This document shows, piece after piece, positions 20,464-31,305 of a DNA stretch of 64,000 bases. The stretch comes from Candidatus Thermosaccharophagus tengchongensis. GTDB lineage: Bacteria > Armatimonadota > Fervidibacteria > Fervidibacterales > Thermosaccharophagaceae. The stretch lies in NCBI GenBank assembly GCA_032161105.1, contig JAVHTD010000004.1. One strand, 5' to 3'. Every line of letters starts with the position of its first letter. The first letter of the stretch is position 1. The notes beneath the pieces are model-generated. The model was not told the origin of the DNA. It worked only from the letters and a program-made list of their open reading frames with translations, and searched no databases. Position numbers and translations under genes: made by a program.

Positions 20464-22919
20464 GATGTGGGCAGATAGACAAATGTGAGCTTTAACTCGG
20501 CAGGCTTTACGAGCTTCGGAAGTGCCGCACAGCGCAGCGCATACTGTGCCGGGAGCAACTGCAACTCAATTTGCTCACCTTCGGACAAAAGCCACACCTT
20601 CCAGCCCGGGTAAAAGACATCGCTCAGAACAAGCACAACGCCACCAACGCCATAGCCGATGACAGTCACAGAAACACCATCATCAAGAAGGGCGGAACAA
20701 TTAAACCACCCACCAGCTGCAAGCTTGAGCGATGTGTCTGTGCATGTCACAATAGCTGTTTCGCTTCCCCACACCGCATTGCGGTGAGCCAACGACTTGA
20801 GGGAGTCAAGCGCTTGTCCACCATCACGACACACCACAATGCGTTTTGGTATCCACACCCTCGCAAGGGCGCCTTCAACTTCACAGAGCCACAAGCTGCC
20901 GACTTGCTTCATCGCCTCGCAATTGACCCCAATGACCTGCGATGGTTTTCTCACCAAAATGTAGCGGACGGCGAGTTGCTTCAGCAGCGGCGATTTGACA
21001 TTGCGCAGCAAGACCATATTCCCATTCTCAGGCGGGCACGGATGAGCGCCCTCAACAACTTCCACCAGCGCCTTGTAGCTTCGGAGCATGAGGGAATCGT
21101 AAGCCTGCGGGTCGTATAGCCCGACGAGGCTCATGAGGTTCGGCGGAAAGAGCGCATCTGGCAAACTGTGCGTCCTCAGCCACTCATCGTAATTCCAGCG
21201 ACCCAGCGCCTGTTCGTGAAACTGCTTTTGCCAAATTGAGCCACGCAGCCTCCATTTGATGCTCACGGGCAACACGCGAAACAAAACCCTCTCACTGTGA
21301 GGTATACATTCGCGAAGTGCTTTGAAGTATGCGTCATTCAAAAGGCGCGCCTCATTACGGCTCAATGCTTGATTGTGACCGAAGCCGAAGAGGAATAATT
21401 CAATTGCCATAGCCACAACGGCTGCATGGACAAGCAACCCTGCACGCAAGTAGCGCATGAGGAAAGGCAAGAGGAGCGAAGTTATCAGCGCAAACACCGC
21501 CCCGGCGTTTGACCGTAAGAGCCGCAGCATCTCGCCGCTAAGCCCAACGCCGTATAGCTGTGCACGGTAGATTGAAAACACCAACAGCAGACACATGGCG
21601 CACATAGCAAGCGATGCTGCTATAAGCGATGCCACCTTAGCAAACGATGCATGCTCATCGGAGAGACGGTCAATGCCAACACCGCACATTAGAGCCAACC
21701 CAAGAGCGCTTAAAAACCATGCCCTCGTTGGCGTTCCAATTTGAGCGAATCCCGGCAGGGCAAAGTAAAAGGGGATGTTAAACGGGCTTCCAGTGGCTAA
21801 GAGGATGCCGAGGAGCGCAAGGCGTATTCCGATCGCTGCAGCGGCGCTATAGCGCTTTGCCACGCATGAACTCCCACGCATTGACGCAGTGGCGGCGAGC
21901 GCGAAGAGCAAAGTGATGATCCCGACATACGGGCAGTAGTCAGCGAAGTTTTCTTTCCCAATGTAGTCGCCGAGCTTCGGCGTTCCCCAAGCATATGGCA
22001 GGATGAGCATGGCAAAATCTTCCAAGCCCATCCCCCTTGAGGAAAACCAAAGGTAGCCATCCCATGTTGGCTTTCCCGAACGATGGGAATACATGGCAAG
22101 CTCAGCCGCCGGAAGGAGCTGTGCAGCGCTAATGCATACAGCAAGTGCCATTGAAAGGACGACGAGAAGGAGATGAAGCGAAGGCAAACTGGCATTGCTG
22201 TGCATGCGAAGGGCTGTGCAGGTGAACGGCAGAACCGCAATTGCAGCGATGAGCGAGTATATGCAGAGTTGAGGGTGACCGCTCAGGATGAGCATGAGGC
22301 ATGCAACGGAAATTGAGAGCAAGCGAAGAAGCACTGGCTGACGCAAGTATGCAACGATGCACGCCATAAGGCATGGCAACCAACACATGGTGTTGAATGC
22401 CGACGGGAGCATTTGCCAAGTGATGAGCGGTGCGCTGAATGCGAACGAGATTGAGCAGGCGAAGCTGCCGAGGGGCGAAATCCCAACAGCCCTTGCAAGC
22501 CAAAATGAAGAGAGCAGCGCTATGGCGGTGTGCAAAAATGCGGACCAACCAATGGCGACCTCAACTGGCATGAGCCAGAACAAAATGTTCAGCGGATAGA
22601 AAACGCCAACCTGCGGGTTGGCGAGCAGCGGCATGCCACAACCTTGATGCGCATTCCAAAGTGGAACGATGCCACGCCTCAACATCTCATGGGCGGTTTT
22701 CCTCCACGCCAAGTATTGAGCCACGCTATCCCACTGAAGCGCATCCCAACGCACCAACTTCTCAGTGGGCGCGCCACACAGCGCTGCAGTGGCTTCGGGG
22801 AGCATGAGCATGCCGCCGAAGGTATAACGCCAGTTGAAGAGAAGGGACAAAGCTATGAGCAGCACAACAGCAACTGCATCAGCCCATCGTGAAGGAGTTC
22901 CTCTGTCACTCATCTGCAA
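20367..22919 (-). CDS. YfhO family membrane protein (GT-C-like)
   Basis: PLWNAHQGCGMPLLAN...FYP, SGHPQ, QLLP, VLSDVFYPGW. Confidence 0.88.
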   Translation of the reverse strand: MQMSDRGTPSRWADAVAVVLLIALSLLFNWRYTFGGMLMLPEATAALCGAPTEKLVRWDALQWDSVAQYLAWRKTAHEMLRRGIVPLWNAHQGCGMPLLANPQVGVFYPLNILFWLMPVEVAIGWSAFLHTAIALLSSFWLARAVGISPLGSFACSISFAFSAPLITWQMLPSAFNTMCWLPCLMACIVAYLRQPVLLRLLSISVACLMLILSGHPQLCIYSLIAAIAVLPFTCTALRMHSNASLPSLHLLLVVLSMALAVCISAAQLLPAAELAMYSHRSGKPTWDGYLWFSSRGMGLEDFAMLILPYAWGTPKLGDYIGKENFADYCPYVGIITLLFALAATASMRGSSCVAKRYSAAAAIGIRLALLGILLATGSPFNIPFYFALPGFAQIGTPTRAWFLSALGLALMCGVGIDRLSDEHASFAKVASLIAASLAMCAMCLLLVFSIYRAQLYGVGLSGEMLRLLRSNAGAVFALITSLLLPFLMRYLRAGLLVHAAVVAMAIELFLFGFGHNQALSRNEARLLNDAYFKALRECIPHSERVLFRVLPVSIKWRLRGSIWQKQFHEQALGRWNYDEWLRTHSLPDALFPPNLMSLVGLYDPQAYDSLMLRSYKALVEVVEGAHPCPPENGNMVLLRNVKSPLLKQLAVRYILVRKPSQVIGVNCEAMKQVGSLWLCEVEGALARVWIPKRIVVCRDGGQALDSLKSLAHRNAVWGSETAIVTCTDTSLKLAAGGWFNCSALLDDGVSVTVIGYGVGGVVLVLSDVFYPGWKVWLLSEGEQIELQLLPAQYALRCAALPKLVKPAELKLTFVYLPTSYLLGLFLSLSSLSMLIGLICFSSVRRRSTSA

Positions 22920-22961
22920 CCACGCTTTGTTGGAGCGCCGGGGTTAAAACGAAAAGCAGCT

Positions 22962-23036
22962 TGGTGGAGGCGGCGGGATTTGAACCCGCGACCTCTGGAG
23001 TGCGATTCCAGCGCTCTCCCCCTGAGCTACGCCCCC
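22962..23036 (-). tRNA. tRNA-Ala(CGC)
   Basis: GGGGGCGTAGCTCAGGGGGAGAGCGCTGGAATCGCACTCCAGAGGTCGCGGGTTCAAATCCCGCCGCCTCCACCA; anticodon CGC, G3:U70 Ala identity pair, encoded CCA. Confidence 0.97.
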
Positions 23037-23056
23037 ACCAATTTGCCCTGTGGTCA

Positions 23057-23065
23057 ATTATAGCA
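23057..23065 (-). promoter_or_regulatory. Extended -10 promoter (TGnTATAAT) for tRNA-Ala
   Basis: TGCTATAAT on the minus strand ~20 nt before the tRNA 5' end. Confidence 0.65.
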
Positions 23066-23090
23066 CCCAATCGGCTTCACGATACAGTTA

Positions 23091-25880
23091 TCACCAACTC
23101 CTGCCGAATCTCGTGATGGAGAGCGAGCCCCTTGTCACACGAAGCATGATTGCGCCATCTTCGTCGGTCCGAAGTATCTCACTCACACCGCACCTTCGCA
23201 ACCTCTCAATGACTTCCGGATGTGGATGACCGAATGGGTTGAAACGCCCGCATGATATGAGGGCAATTTTGGGGCGCACAACCTCAAGCAGCTTATGGCT
23301 GCAAGAGCCTTTGCTACCATGATGAGGCACATAAAGCGCATCCGCACGGAGTTCATCCGGTCGGCAAATTGAGAGCAGGTGCCTCTCTTGCTCATCCATC
23401 ATGTCGCTCGTCAGCAGTATTTTCCACCCGAGCATGCTCAGGCACATTACTACGACATTGTTGTTCACATCGTCCTTTGTGCCCCTTAGTAGCGGTTCGC
23501 TGGGCGCAAGCACGCTCGCAAAAACTTCATTACGACTGTCAAGCACAACGGTCTGACCACGGCGAGCTAACACACATCTGACACCTCGTTGAACCAAAGC
23601 TGAGGCAGCCCTGAGATACGCAGGTTCATCGGATGGAAGTTGTGGATCAAGCACAGCGCCAATCGGCATGCGCTCAATTATTGCCGGAAGAGCCGACACA
23701 TGGTCGCTGTCAGGATGCGTTATGACGAGCACATCAATTTGGCGGACACGCTCTCGGTAAAGGAACGGCAGTATGATCTCCCTTGCGATGACATCCCCAG
23801 CGGCTTCATCCTTGCCCTGAGTGCCAGCGTCCACAAGCATGCACCTTCCATTTGGGGCTCGAACGAAGATGCATTGCCCCTGCCCAACATCAAGCATTGT
23901 CAATGTAGCAGTTGGCTTCAGGCGCCAAAAGATGCCACCTGTTACCCATAGCAAGATCGCCAGCGCCAATGCGAGTGCCAAGCGAGCCAATGGTCTGACG
24001 AAAGCACATAAGCTATCTCCCCTAAGCTGACGCCGAACAGTTATGAGGCAGCGCAGAGCGAGCGGGAGAAGGGCAAGCAAAGCATAAGCAACGATGAGCA
24101 TCACTGGGCTCTTGGCGACATGCCCGGGAACATCAACGGTTGCAAACGGCAGGTTTGCAAATTGCCCCATCAACCAAACGAGCAATTTGGAAAGCCAGTG
24201 AGTCACCATCATCAAGGTCTTCCCGCAAGCAGCGATGGCTTGCGCCACATATGCGGCTGGAGTGAAGTTAAATGAAGCTGCCGCTTCGTGCGCAATTGCA
24301 AGCAGCGCTCCGGCAAACGATAAAGCGACTGTGGGAAGAGCCAATGGCACCACGAACAGATTTGATATGAAGCCGATGAGAACGAGCTTTGAGAAGTGAT
24401 AGGATATGAGCGGCATCGTCATCAGCTGCGCACCGCCTGTGGCGGCTGGATACCAAATGAGCGCCTCCATTGCCTTCTCAGCTCGGCTTCGCGAATTCCT
24501 CACAACGGGCGCGACTGTATTAACCAGCGATGCACCAATCCAGAGTATCCCAACTACGGCTGCGAATGAGAGTTGAAAGCCGATGTTAAGAAGCGAAGCT
24601 GGAGCAATTGCCACCATGAACGCGGCTGAGACGCAAACGGCAGTGCCCCAATCGCGCGTGTAGCCTTTCATGCGATGCATCTGCTTGAATGACGAACCAA
24701 TAAGCGCGTATGCAAACATCAATGCAGCACGAGATATGGATGGCTCACCCTGACTGACAAACCAATAGCATGCGACGATGAAGAGGCTTAATGCGATTCC
24801 GAAGCCGCCAAGCGGGCGCGCAAGCATGAGCACAAGCATGCCTATGAAACTGACATGCAGTCCAGATATCACGAGCACATGAATTGCACCTGAGCGCCTC
24901 GCCACATCAGCTATGCCCTTTGGGAGATCGGCAGAATGCATTCCGAACAGCATGCTCCCGATGAGCGACATCGTCTCCTCACGAAATTCCAACGGCAGCC
25001 AAGAGCGCATTCGCTCAAATAGCCGTTCCCTGAATCGCACCCTGAAAAGGTTCAACCCCGCTTTCAAACCGTAAACCTTTGGCGGGTAAGAGTTTGATTC
25101 GCCATCGGCAATGGCGACACCGTCCACATCAGCTTTGAAACGAGCAATGATGCCGTTCATCAGGAGCTTGTAAACCACGCTAACTTGCCCCGGGTTGCTC
25201 GCCCTCGGGAGCGGACTTAAACCGCCCGTCACTTTCAAAACCGAGTTTGGTTCAATTGGCGGCTTCAAATCCGCTATGCTGCGCTCAACGATGCACAGCA
25301 AGATGCTGTGCCCTTCAAGCTCACGCAACTCCTCCTTTGGCTCAACCACATCCAGAACCAATGCACCGGCTTGGTAAGTTATGCCCTCATTACCCGCTAA
25401 CTCAATGCTTGGATACCTCTCCCTCGGGTGCTCATATGGGAGCACTAAAAGTGTGCATCGCTCTACTCGCCGGCGCACTACTTTCAATGTGCCGTTTAGC
25501 TGCGCCATGCGGTATTGCTGCAATGCCACACTGGCGCTGAAGAGACCTATGAGGAAGACGAACACGCCCTCAATGGCTCTCCAGCGTGAGCAAATGTAGA
25601 GGCTGAGTGAGACATAAATGACTGAGGCGATTGACCACACAATGACGCCTATTGTCGCACGCTCAATCGGGATTACAAGCCAACCAACTGCAACCCCAAC
25701 GATGTAAGTGAGGGAAGCAATCTTGAGGGCATGTTGGCGCAATGCCTCATGAAGCCGCTGCAAACTCCATTCACCACTCAACTTCAGTTCAAGCGTTCGC
25801 CACGGGTATGTGATCCCGACATACTTGAACACTGCCCGCTTACGCCATAGCGCAGCATTCAAACCGCCACCGCCTACCAC
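23091..25880 (-). CDS. comEC: Competence protein ComEC/Rec2
   Basis: HVLVISGLHV, GFQLSF, LDVGQG, THPDSDH, PHHGS, NPFGHPH; exact start uncertain. Confidence 0.95.
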   Translation of the reverse strand: MVGGGGLNAALWRKRAVFKYVGITYPWRTLELKLSGEWSLQRLHEALRQHALKIASLTYIVGVAVGWLVIPIERATIGVIVWSIASVIYVSLSLYICSRWRAIEGVFVFLIGLFSASVALQQYRMAQLNGTLKVVRRRVERCTLLVLPYEHPRERYPSIELAGNEGITYQAGALVLDVVEPKEELRELEGHSILLCIVERSIADLKPPIEPNSVLKVTGGLSPLPRASNPGQVSVVYKLLMNGIIARFKADVDGVAIADGESNSYPPKVYGLKAGLNLFRVRFRERLFERMRSWLPLEFREETMSLIGSMLFGMHSADLPKGIADVARRSGAIHVLVISGLHVSFIGMLVLMLARPLGGFGIALSLFIVACYWFVSQGEPSISRAALMFAYALIGSSFKQMHRMKGYTRDWGTAVCVSAAFMVAIAPASLLNIGFQLSFAAVVGILWIGASLVNTVAPVVRNSRSRAEKAMEALIWYPAATGGAQLMTMPLISYHFSKLVLIGFISNLFVVPLALPTVALSFAGALLAIAHEAAASFNFTPAAYVAQAIAACGKTLMMVTHWLSKLLVWLMGQFANLPFATVDVPGHVAKSPVMLIVAYALLALLPLALRCLITVRRQLRGDSLCAFVRPLARLALALALAILLWVTGGIFWRLKPTATLTMLDVGQGQCIFVRAPNGRCMLVDAGTQGKDEAAGDVIAREIILPFLYRERVRQIDVLVITHPDSDHVSALPAIIERMPIGAVLDPQLPSDEPAYLRAASALVQRGVRCVLARRGQTVVLDSRNEVFASVLAPSEPLLRGTKDDVNNNVVVMCLSMLGWKILLTSDMMDEQERHLLSICRPDELRADALYVPHHGSKGSCSHKLLEVVRPKIALISCGRFNPFGHPHPEVIERLRRCGVSEILRTDEDGAIMLRVTRGSLSITRFGRSW

Positions 25881-26491
25881 AACTTGACATATGGGCGCAA
25901 TGCCTCGAGCTTCTTCTGCCCAACGCCCTTAACATTGAGCAGCTCATCAACGGATTTGAAGGGACCATGCTGTCTGCGATACTCAACGATGCGTTGTGCG
26001 AGCGCCGGACCAATACCGGGCAAACTTTCAAGCTGCTCAGCAGTGGCAGTGTTGATGGCAATCTTACCAATTGGAGCTTTAGTAGCTTTTGCGGCTCTGG
26101 TGCTATGACGGCTTGATGCCTCGCTAAACGCCTCAAGCGCCCTTGTGCGCCTATCCGGGACAAACACCTCATCGCCGTCCTTCAAGAAGGCTGCAAGATT
26201 GATTGCATCAAGATCTGCGGTGGGCAGACTGCCACCAGCTTTCTTTATAGCATCCTCAACACGCTCACCAAAGATGAACTCGTAGACGCCGGGCTTCCTG
26301 ACAGCGCCCTTGACATGGACTTTGAGTTTTGGCGGCTCGCCAACGCTTTTAACACCAATGGATGTTCCACCCACACCGGTGATGATAACCTCGGGAGCGG
26401 ATGGGCGCTTACCTTGAATCATCAAAGCAACCACAGCGACAGCGATTGCCGAGGTGAACAAAGCAATGAGCACCCTGTCAAACCACTGCAT
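25874..26491 (-). CDS. comEA: ComEA DNA-binding protein (SLBB + HhH)
   Basis: VHVKGAVRKPGVY, INLAA, INTATAEQLESLPGIG; start moved to MQWFDR. Confidence 0.95.
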   Translation of the reverse strand: MQWFDRVLIALFTSAIAVAVVALMIQGKRPSAPEVIITGVGGTSIGVKSVGEPPKLKVHVKGAVRKPGVYEFIFGERVEDAIKKAGGSLPTADLDAINLAAFLKDGDEVFVPDRRTRALEAFSEASSRHSTRAAKATKAPIGKIAINTATAEQLESLPGIGPALAQRIVEYRRQHGPFKSVDELLNVKGVGQKKLEALRPYVKLW

Positions 26492-26507
26492 TGCTGTTAC
26501 CACCCCT

Positions 26508-26918
26508 TCAAGCTTCCTCGGGGAGGCGATTTGGATGCGTCTCTGAGAGCAATCTCCTGACAAGCGAGAGCAAGACCTCGGGGTCAAACGGCTTGGACAA
26601 GTAGCTGTCGGCTTCGTGTTCAAAAGCGGCTACAGCGCCGACATCGCTTGGGAAGGCTGTAAGCATGATGACAGGTATGTTAGCCATTTCCGGATGAGCT
26701 CGCATCACTTCAAGCACTTCATAGCCATCAAGGTTTGGCATGACAACATCAAGGATGACCAAATCCAGCTGTTCAGAGTGGATCACGCGAAGCGCCTCAG
26801 AGCCATCATTTGCCACAAGGACCTCGTATCCCTCGTGCTCAAGGTTCGTTCTTACAAGTTCGGTAACGGCTACCTCATCATCCACAACGAGTATCTTGAA
26901 TCTCCTCGTAGAAGCCAT
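26508..26918 (-). CDS. Single-domain response regulator
   Basis: LVVDDE, LDVVMP, MLTA, YLSKPF. Confidence 0.93.
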   Translation of the reverse strand: MASTRRFKILVVDDEVAVTELVRTNLEHEGYEVLVANDGSEALRVIHSEQLDLVILDVVMPNLDGYEVLEVMRAHPEMANIPVIMLTAFPSDVGAVAAFEHEADSYLSKPFDPEVLLSLVRRLLSETHPNRLPEEA

Positions 26919-26954
26919 CTTGCCACCACCGCAGTCATCTCTGAGTTGAGAGCT

Positions 26955-27344
26955 TCAGTCCGCCTTTTCCTCACGCCTTCGTGTGCGCCTTATGCGCCTC
27001 TTCTTGCCACCCTCACATGAAACTGCAATTTGAGCCTCCTCATGAACTTCGGCGCCAGTCGCTTCGCCAATTGCTTTTGCTGTTTGAGTTTCCTCAGGCG
27101 ATGGTGCTGCTTGTGACCCTTCACAAGCTGCCTCCCCGTGAAGCTGCTTCAACAATTGTTCCTCTTGCTCAACCAATTTTGAGCGCCTTTCATCAAGGCG
27201 CTCAAGTTCGCGCCTAAGCGCCGGCGCAGAACCCTGCATAGCCATCCTGCGTTCAAGGTGAAGCATGTGCCTCTCAATCTGCATCCTTTGCAATCTCAGT
27301 TGCTGCAACTTGCGCCGCAACTTCTCTTCTTCAACCACCGTCAT
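26955..27344 (-). CDS. Hypothetical coiled-coil protein with basic tail
   Basis: Heptad-like LQQL/LERL runs, SD upstream, co-oriented between leuS and the response regulator. Confidence 0.65.
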   Translation of the reverse strand: MTVVEEEKLRRKLQQLRLQRMQIERHMLHLERRMAMQGSAPALRRELERLDERRSKLVEQEEQLLKQLHGEAACEGSQAAPSPEETQTAKAIGEATGAEVHEEAQIAVSCEGGKKRRIRRTRRREEKAD

Positions 27345-27375
27345 TCACCTCACTCCAACGAGCGCTCCTGCCCGA

Positions 27376-30009
27376 TTACCGCACGACTATGTTCACGAGC
27401 CTGTTTGGCACAACAATGACGCGCTCAATTTTCCTTCCGGCAATGTGAGCCTGCACACCCTTGCAATTGAGGGCGAGCTTGCGCAACTCATCCTCCGGTG
27501 TGCCGACTGGCACGGTGAGCCTATCCCTGACTTTGCCATTCACCTGCACGACAATGACTTGCACCTCTTCCCTTGCAGCCTCTTCGTCAGCCTCACACCA
27601 GCGCTGTTGGTATACACTCCCGACCTTACCAAGCCTTTCCCAAAGTTCATCTGTAATGTGTGGCGCAAACGGATGGAGGACGACTTGCATCAATTCCATC
27701 GCTTCAGACAGAACAACCCTGTCGGCAAATCCCTCCGGTTCACCCTTTGGGCGCATTGATGAGGCAAACGATTGCACCTCATTGAGAAGCTCCATGAGCG
27801 CTGCAATTGCCGTGTTGAATCCGAAGCCCTCAATGTCATCGGTGACCTTCTTGATAGTCTGATGGAGTTTCCTTCGCAGCCCCCTTTGTGCGCCATCAAG
27901 CGACGGCTTGAATTCGCCAAGCCTGTCGCGCCAATCGGGGATGTAGTCGCTCAAGTGCTCATTGACCAACCTCCAAAGCCGATTCAGGAAGCGATATACC
28001 CCCTCAATCCCTTGCGGATTCCACTCGGCATCCTGCTCGGGCGGACCGATGAACAGGATGAACAGGCGTCCCGTATCAGCTCCGTATTGCTCACACACAT
28101 AATCGGGAGTCACAATGTTGAGCTTTGACTTGCTCATCTTGTCCATGCCAATCTCAACTTCATCCTCGCACACACCGCATCTAACTACCCTCCCACCCTC
28201 ATCGGTGCGCTCAGCCTTGACTTCCTCTGGACGCCTGTAAGTCCTGCAACGCCTGCAATAGTAGCTCTCGTGATAAATCATCCCCTGAGTAAACAGGCGT
28301 GTGAAAGGCTCGCTCGTCTTCACCAAGCCCATGTCGTAGAGGACCTTCGTGAAGAAGCGCGCGTAGAGCAGATGCAAAACGGCATGCTCAATGCCGCCAA
28401 CATATTGGTCAACTGGCATCCAGTAGTCAACGGCTTCACTGCTAAACGGCGCCTCATCATTGTGCGGGTCGCAGAAGCGCAGGAAATACCAAGAGCTGTC
28501 AACGAATGTTGCCATTGTGTCCGTCTCACGCTTAGCCGATGCGTTGCATCTTGGGCATCTCGTGTTGACAAACTCCGGAACCTGAGATAGCGGTGAACCG
28601 CCTTTCCCCGTTATCTTCACATCGGGTGGCAGAAGGACCGGAAGCTGCTCCTCTGGAACCGGCACTATGCCACACCCATCACAGTAAACAATCGGTATTG
28701 GGGTTCCCCAATAGCGCTGCCTTGAAATGAGCCAATCCCTGAGCCTGTATTGAACGCTGCGCCTGCCAACGCCAATTTGCTCCATGTAATCAGCTATCGC
28801 CTCTTTTGCGCGCTCACTGTCCATGCCGCTGAATTGAGCCGAGTTGACCATTACGCCCGGTTCAACATATGCCCTCTCCATTTGCTTTGGGTCAAGCTCT
28901 GCGCCCGGCGGCTTGATGACGACGCGCACATCCAAACCATACTTGCGCGCAAATTCCAAATCACGCTGGTCATGTGCCGGGACTGCCATGATTGCGCCCG
29001 TGCCATACTCCATCAGGACATAATTCGCAACCCAAACCGGGACCGGCTCCTTGGTGAGCGGGTGAATGGCATACGCGTCAAGGAATGCGCCCTCCTTCTC
29101 CACCTCCTCTGACGAGCGCTCCTCAATGCTTCTTGAGAGCATCCTTTGGACAGCGGCATGCAACTCGGAGCGCCTCGGGCTGCGTTCAATCAGCTTCGGG
29201 ACGAGCGGGTGCTCCGGGGCGAGCACGATGAATGTGACACCGTAAACGGTGTCAATCCTCGTTGTGAATACCCTAACCTTCTCTCCGATCCCGTCAAGCT
29301 CAAAGTCAAATTCAACACCCTCACTCCTCCCTATCCAGTTGCGCTGCATAACTTTGACTCTCTCCGGCCAATGCTCAAGCAAGTCCAGGTCCCTAAGCAG
29401 CCTTTCAGCATATGCCGTTATCCTCAAGAACCACTGTTCAAGCCAGCGCTTTTCAACCGGCGTTGAGCATCGCCAACAGTAACCCCTTTCAGCCTCCTCA
29501 TCGGCGAGTGTCGTCTCGCATGTCGGACACCAATTCACGGGCGCCGGACGCCTGTATGCCAACCCGCGCTCATAAAACTTGAGGAAGAACCACTGGTTCC
29601 ATCTGTAGTATTCCGGAGCACATGTGCGTATCTCGCGCTCCCAATCAAACGATATTCCGAGCATGTCAAACTGGCGACGCATCCTTTGAATGCACTGTTC
29701 AGTCCACACCCTCGGATGCATGCCATGTTGTATCGCCGCGTTCTCAGCTGGCAACCCAAAGGCATCATAGCCCATCGGGTGAAGCACATTGTAGCCGAGC
29801 ATATGCTTGTAACGGGCGATGACATCGCCAATGATGTAATTGCGCATGTGCCCCATGTGCAGCTCGCCACTCGGATACGGGAACATGTCAAGGTAGTAAA
29901 ACTTTGGGCGTGAGGGATCTTCCACCGCCCTGAACAAGCCCCATTCAGACCATCGCCTTTGCCATTTGCGCTCTATCGCTTTGAAGTCGTATTTCTCAGC
30001 ACTGCTCAC
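27376..30009 (-). CDS. leuS: Leucine--tRNA ligase
   Basis: [17 protein letters not shown] editing domain, [16 protein letters not shown]. Confidence 0.98.
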   Translation of the reverse strand: MSSAEKYDFKAIERKWQRRWSEWGLFRAVEDPSRPKFYYLDMFPYPSGELHMGHMRNYIIGDVIARYKHMLGYNVLHPMGYDAFGLPAENAAIQHGMHPRVWTEQCIQRMRRQFDMLGISFDWEREIRTCAPEYYRWNQWFFLKFYERGLAYRRPAPVNWCPTCETTLADEEAERGYCWRCSTPVEKRWLEQWFLRITAYAERLLRDLDLLEHWPERVKVMQRNWIGRSEGVEFDFELDGIGEKVRVFTTRIDTVYGVTFIVLAPEHPLVPKLIERSPRRSELHAAVQRMLSRSIEERSSEEVEKEGAFLDAYAIHPLTKEPVPVWVANYVLMEYGTGAIMAVPAHDQRDLEFARKYGLDVRVVIKPPGAELDPKQMERAYVEPGVMVNSAQFSGMDSERAKEAIADYMEQIGVGRRSVQYRLRDWLISRQRYWGTPIPIVYCDGCGIVPVPEEQLPVLLPPDVKITGKGGSPLSQVPEFVNTRCPRCNASAKRETDTMATFVDSSWYFLRFCDPHNDEAPFSSEAVDYWMPVDQYVGGIEHAVLHLLYARFFTKVLYDMGLVKTSEPFTRLFTQGMIYHESYYCRRCRTYRRPEEVKAERTDEGGRVVRCGVCEDEVEIGMDKMSKSKLNIVTPDYVCEQYGADTGRLFILFIGPPEQDAEWNPQGIEGVYRFLNRLWRLVNEHLSDYIPDWRDRLGEFKPSLDGAQRGLRRKLHQTIKKVTDDIEGFGFNTAIAALMELLNEVQSFASSMRPKGEPEGFADRVVLSEAMELMQVVLHPFAPHITDELWERLGKVGSVYQQRWCEADEEAAREEVQVIVVQVNGKVRDRLTVPVGTPEDELRKLALNCKGVQAHIAGRKIERVIVVPNRLVNIVVR

Positions 30010-30142
30010 TCAACATCGCCCCCTTGACAGAGCGACGATTTGAACTTCCTCCCGCACATGGTGGGTATGCAGAGCAAAATCAATTTCAGTTGGCAGTATG
30101 GCACACGGCATGCCGATAAAAGGCTGCATAAAAGCTCACGCG

Positions 30143-31264
30143 CTAAAGCCAAGCCGCAAATGTTGCAGCTTCGTTTCCCTCCCTCAACACCCACCTGACG
30201 CAGGATAAAGGTGTTTCGGTAACCTCAGAGATGAGTGCCAGAGTGCCACAGCGCAGCCATGTTGACAGCATGTTGCTTTCGTCAGCGCGAACGCTCAACC
30301 ACTTCATCCCAAAGTGACTATGCTCGGTCCGCAACCGCCTCCCAACGCAAAATCCGCCATCATTGTTCTGCAAGCCCAATGACAGGATGGAATGCTGCAA
30401 TCGGCGCAGCGCTGTCTCCGCCTCAATCTGCCTGTGCTCACAACGCATCAGCATCCCGCAAAGGAGCATTGCAGCTGCAAAGTCAGCCTCTGGCGTGCCG
30501 CCAAACAGACCATCTTGACGCTGAAGCGAGATGACGGAGTCAATGACCCTGTCAGGGTAAAGCACGAGCCGTGACTGGTGAAAGTATAGCGAATAGATGT
30601 AAGCCGACCCGCACATTGAACTGAGCATCCCGCATCCCTCTCTTGTGCCCCAAAAGCCAGTTGAAGGGTCAACAGTGGAATCAAGCCACCTGAAGAACAC
30701 CTCAACGATGTCGTGCGACAAGTTGCCCCACTCATGCTCACATATGAGCAATCCGCCAATGTGGAATATCAACCTCCCATCAATTGAAGCCCTGTCAACT
30801 GGATAGCCTTCGGATGATGCCACCCAAGTTCTCTCATCAAGCCATTTGACAAGCGCGGGCGCATTGGCAAATGCCTCAAGGAAGCGCATCGGATATAGCG
30901 GCAATGCACCGAGTATATCAAGCGCAGATACGCATGCGTGTGTGAGCTCAAGCTTGAAGGATACCTCATCCACATCCCGCGACAAGCGCTCGTCAATAAA
31001 GTAACCGCTCTCGGGCTGCTGGAACGAACGAAGAAAGTCAACCCACTTTGTCCTCTCCAAATCGCTGAGCGATGACAGGTCATCAAACAAGTCCCGTATG
31101 AACACAGCGAGCGCTGAGGAGTATACATCATGGAACTGGCGCGATGGCGCAAACCGATAGCGCCCATATGGCTCTTCAGGCAAGCGCATACTCTCAACCC
31201 ACTCAAGGACATCGCCGCGAAGCGTCAGCGCTTTCTCAGCGAGCAGATGATCAAGCATCCTCAC
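30143..31264 (-). CDS. Hypothetical protein with prenyltransferase/squalene-cyclase-like repeats
   Basis: Repeated QxxDGxF-type motifs (FQQPESGYF, LQRQDGLFG, LQNNDGGF). Confidence 0.65.
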   Translation of the reverse strand: MRMLDHLLAEKALTLRGDVLEWVESMRLPEEPYGRYRFAPSRQFHDVYSSALAVFIRDLFDDLSSLSDLERTKWVDFLRSFQQPESGYFIDERLSRDVDEVSFKLELTHACVSALDILGALPLYPMRFLEAFANAPALVKWLDERTWVASSEGYPVDRASIDGRLIFHIGGLLICEHEWGNLSHDIVEVFFRWLDSTVDPSTGFWGTREGCGMLSSMCGSAYIYSLYFHQSRLVLYPDRVIDSVISLQRQDGLFGGTPEADFAAAMLLCGMLMRCEHRQIEAETALRRLQHSILSLGLQNNDGGFCVGRRLRTEHSHFGMKWLSVRADESNMLSTWLRCGTLALISEVTETPLSCVRWVLREGNEAATFAAWL

Positions 31265-31305
31265 CTTACCTCCGGCGCAGACTATCCATCAAACGAACTT
31301 CGGCA

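Noticed and set aside
22920..22980. tRNA 3' end as an integration site
   Set aside because: No integrase, no duplicated att sequence and no obvious compositional shift
30010..30142. T-box leader before leuS (also checked before cysS)
   Set aside because: No T-box consensus or terminator/antiterminator, and the regions are too short
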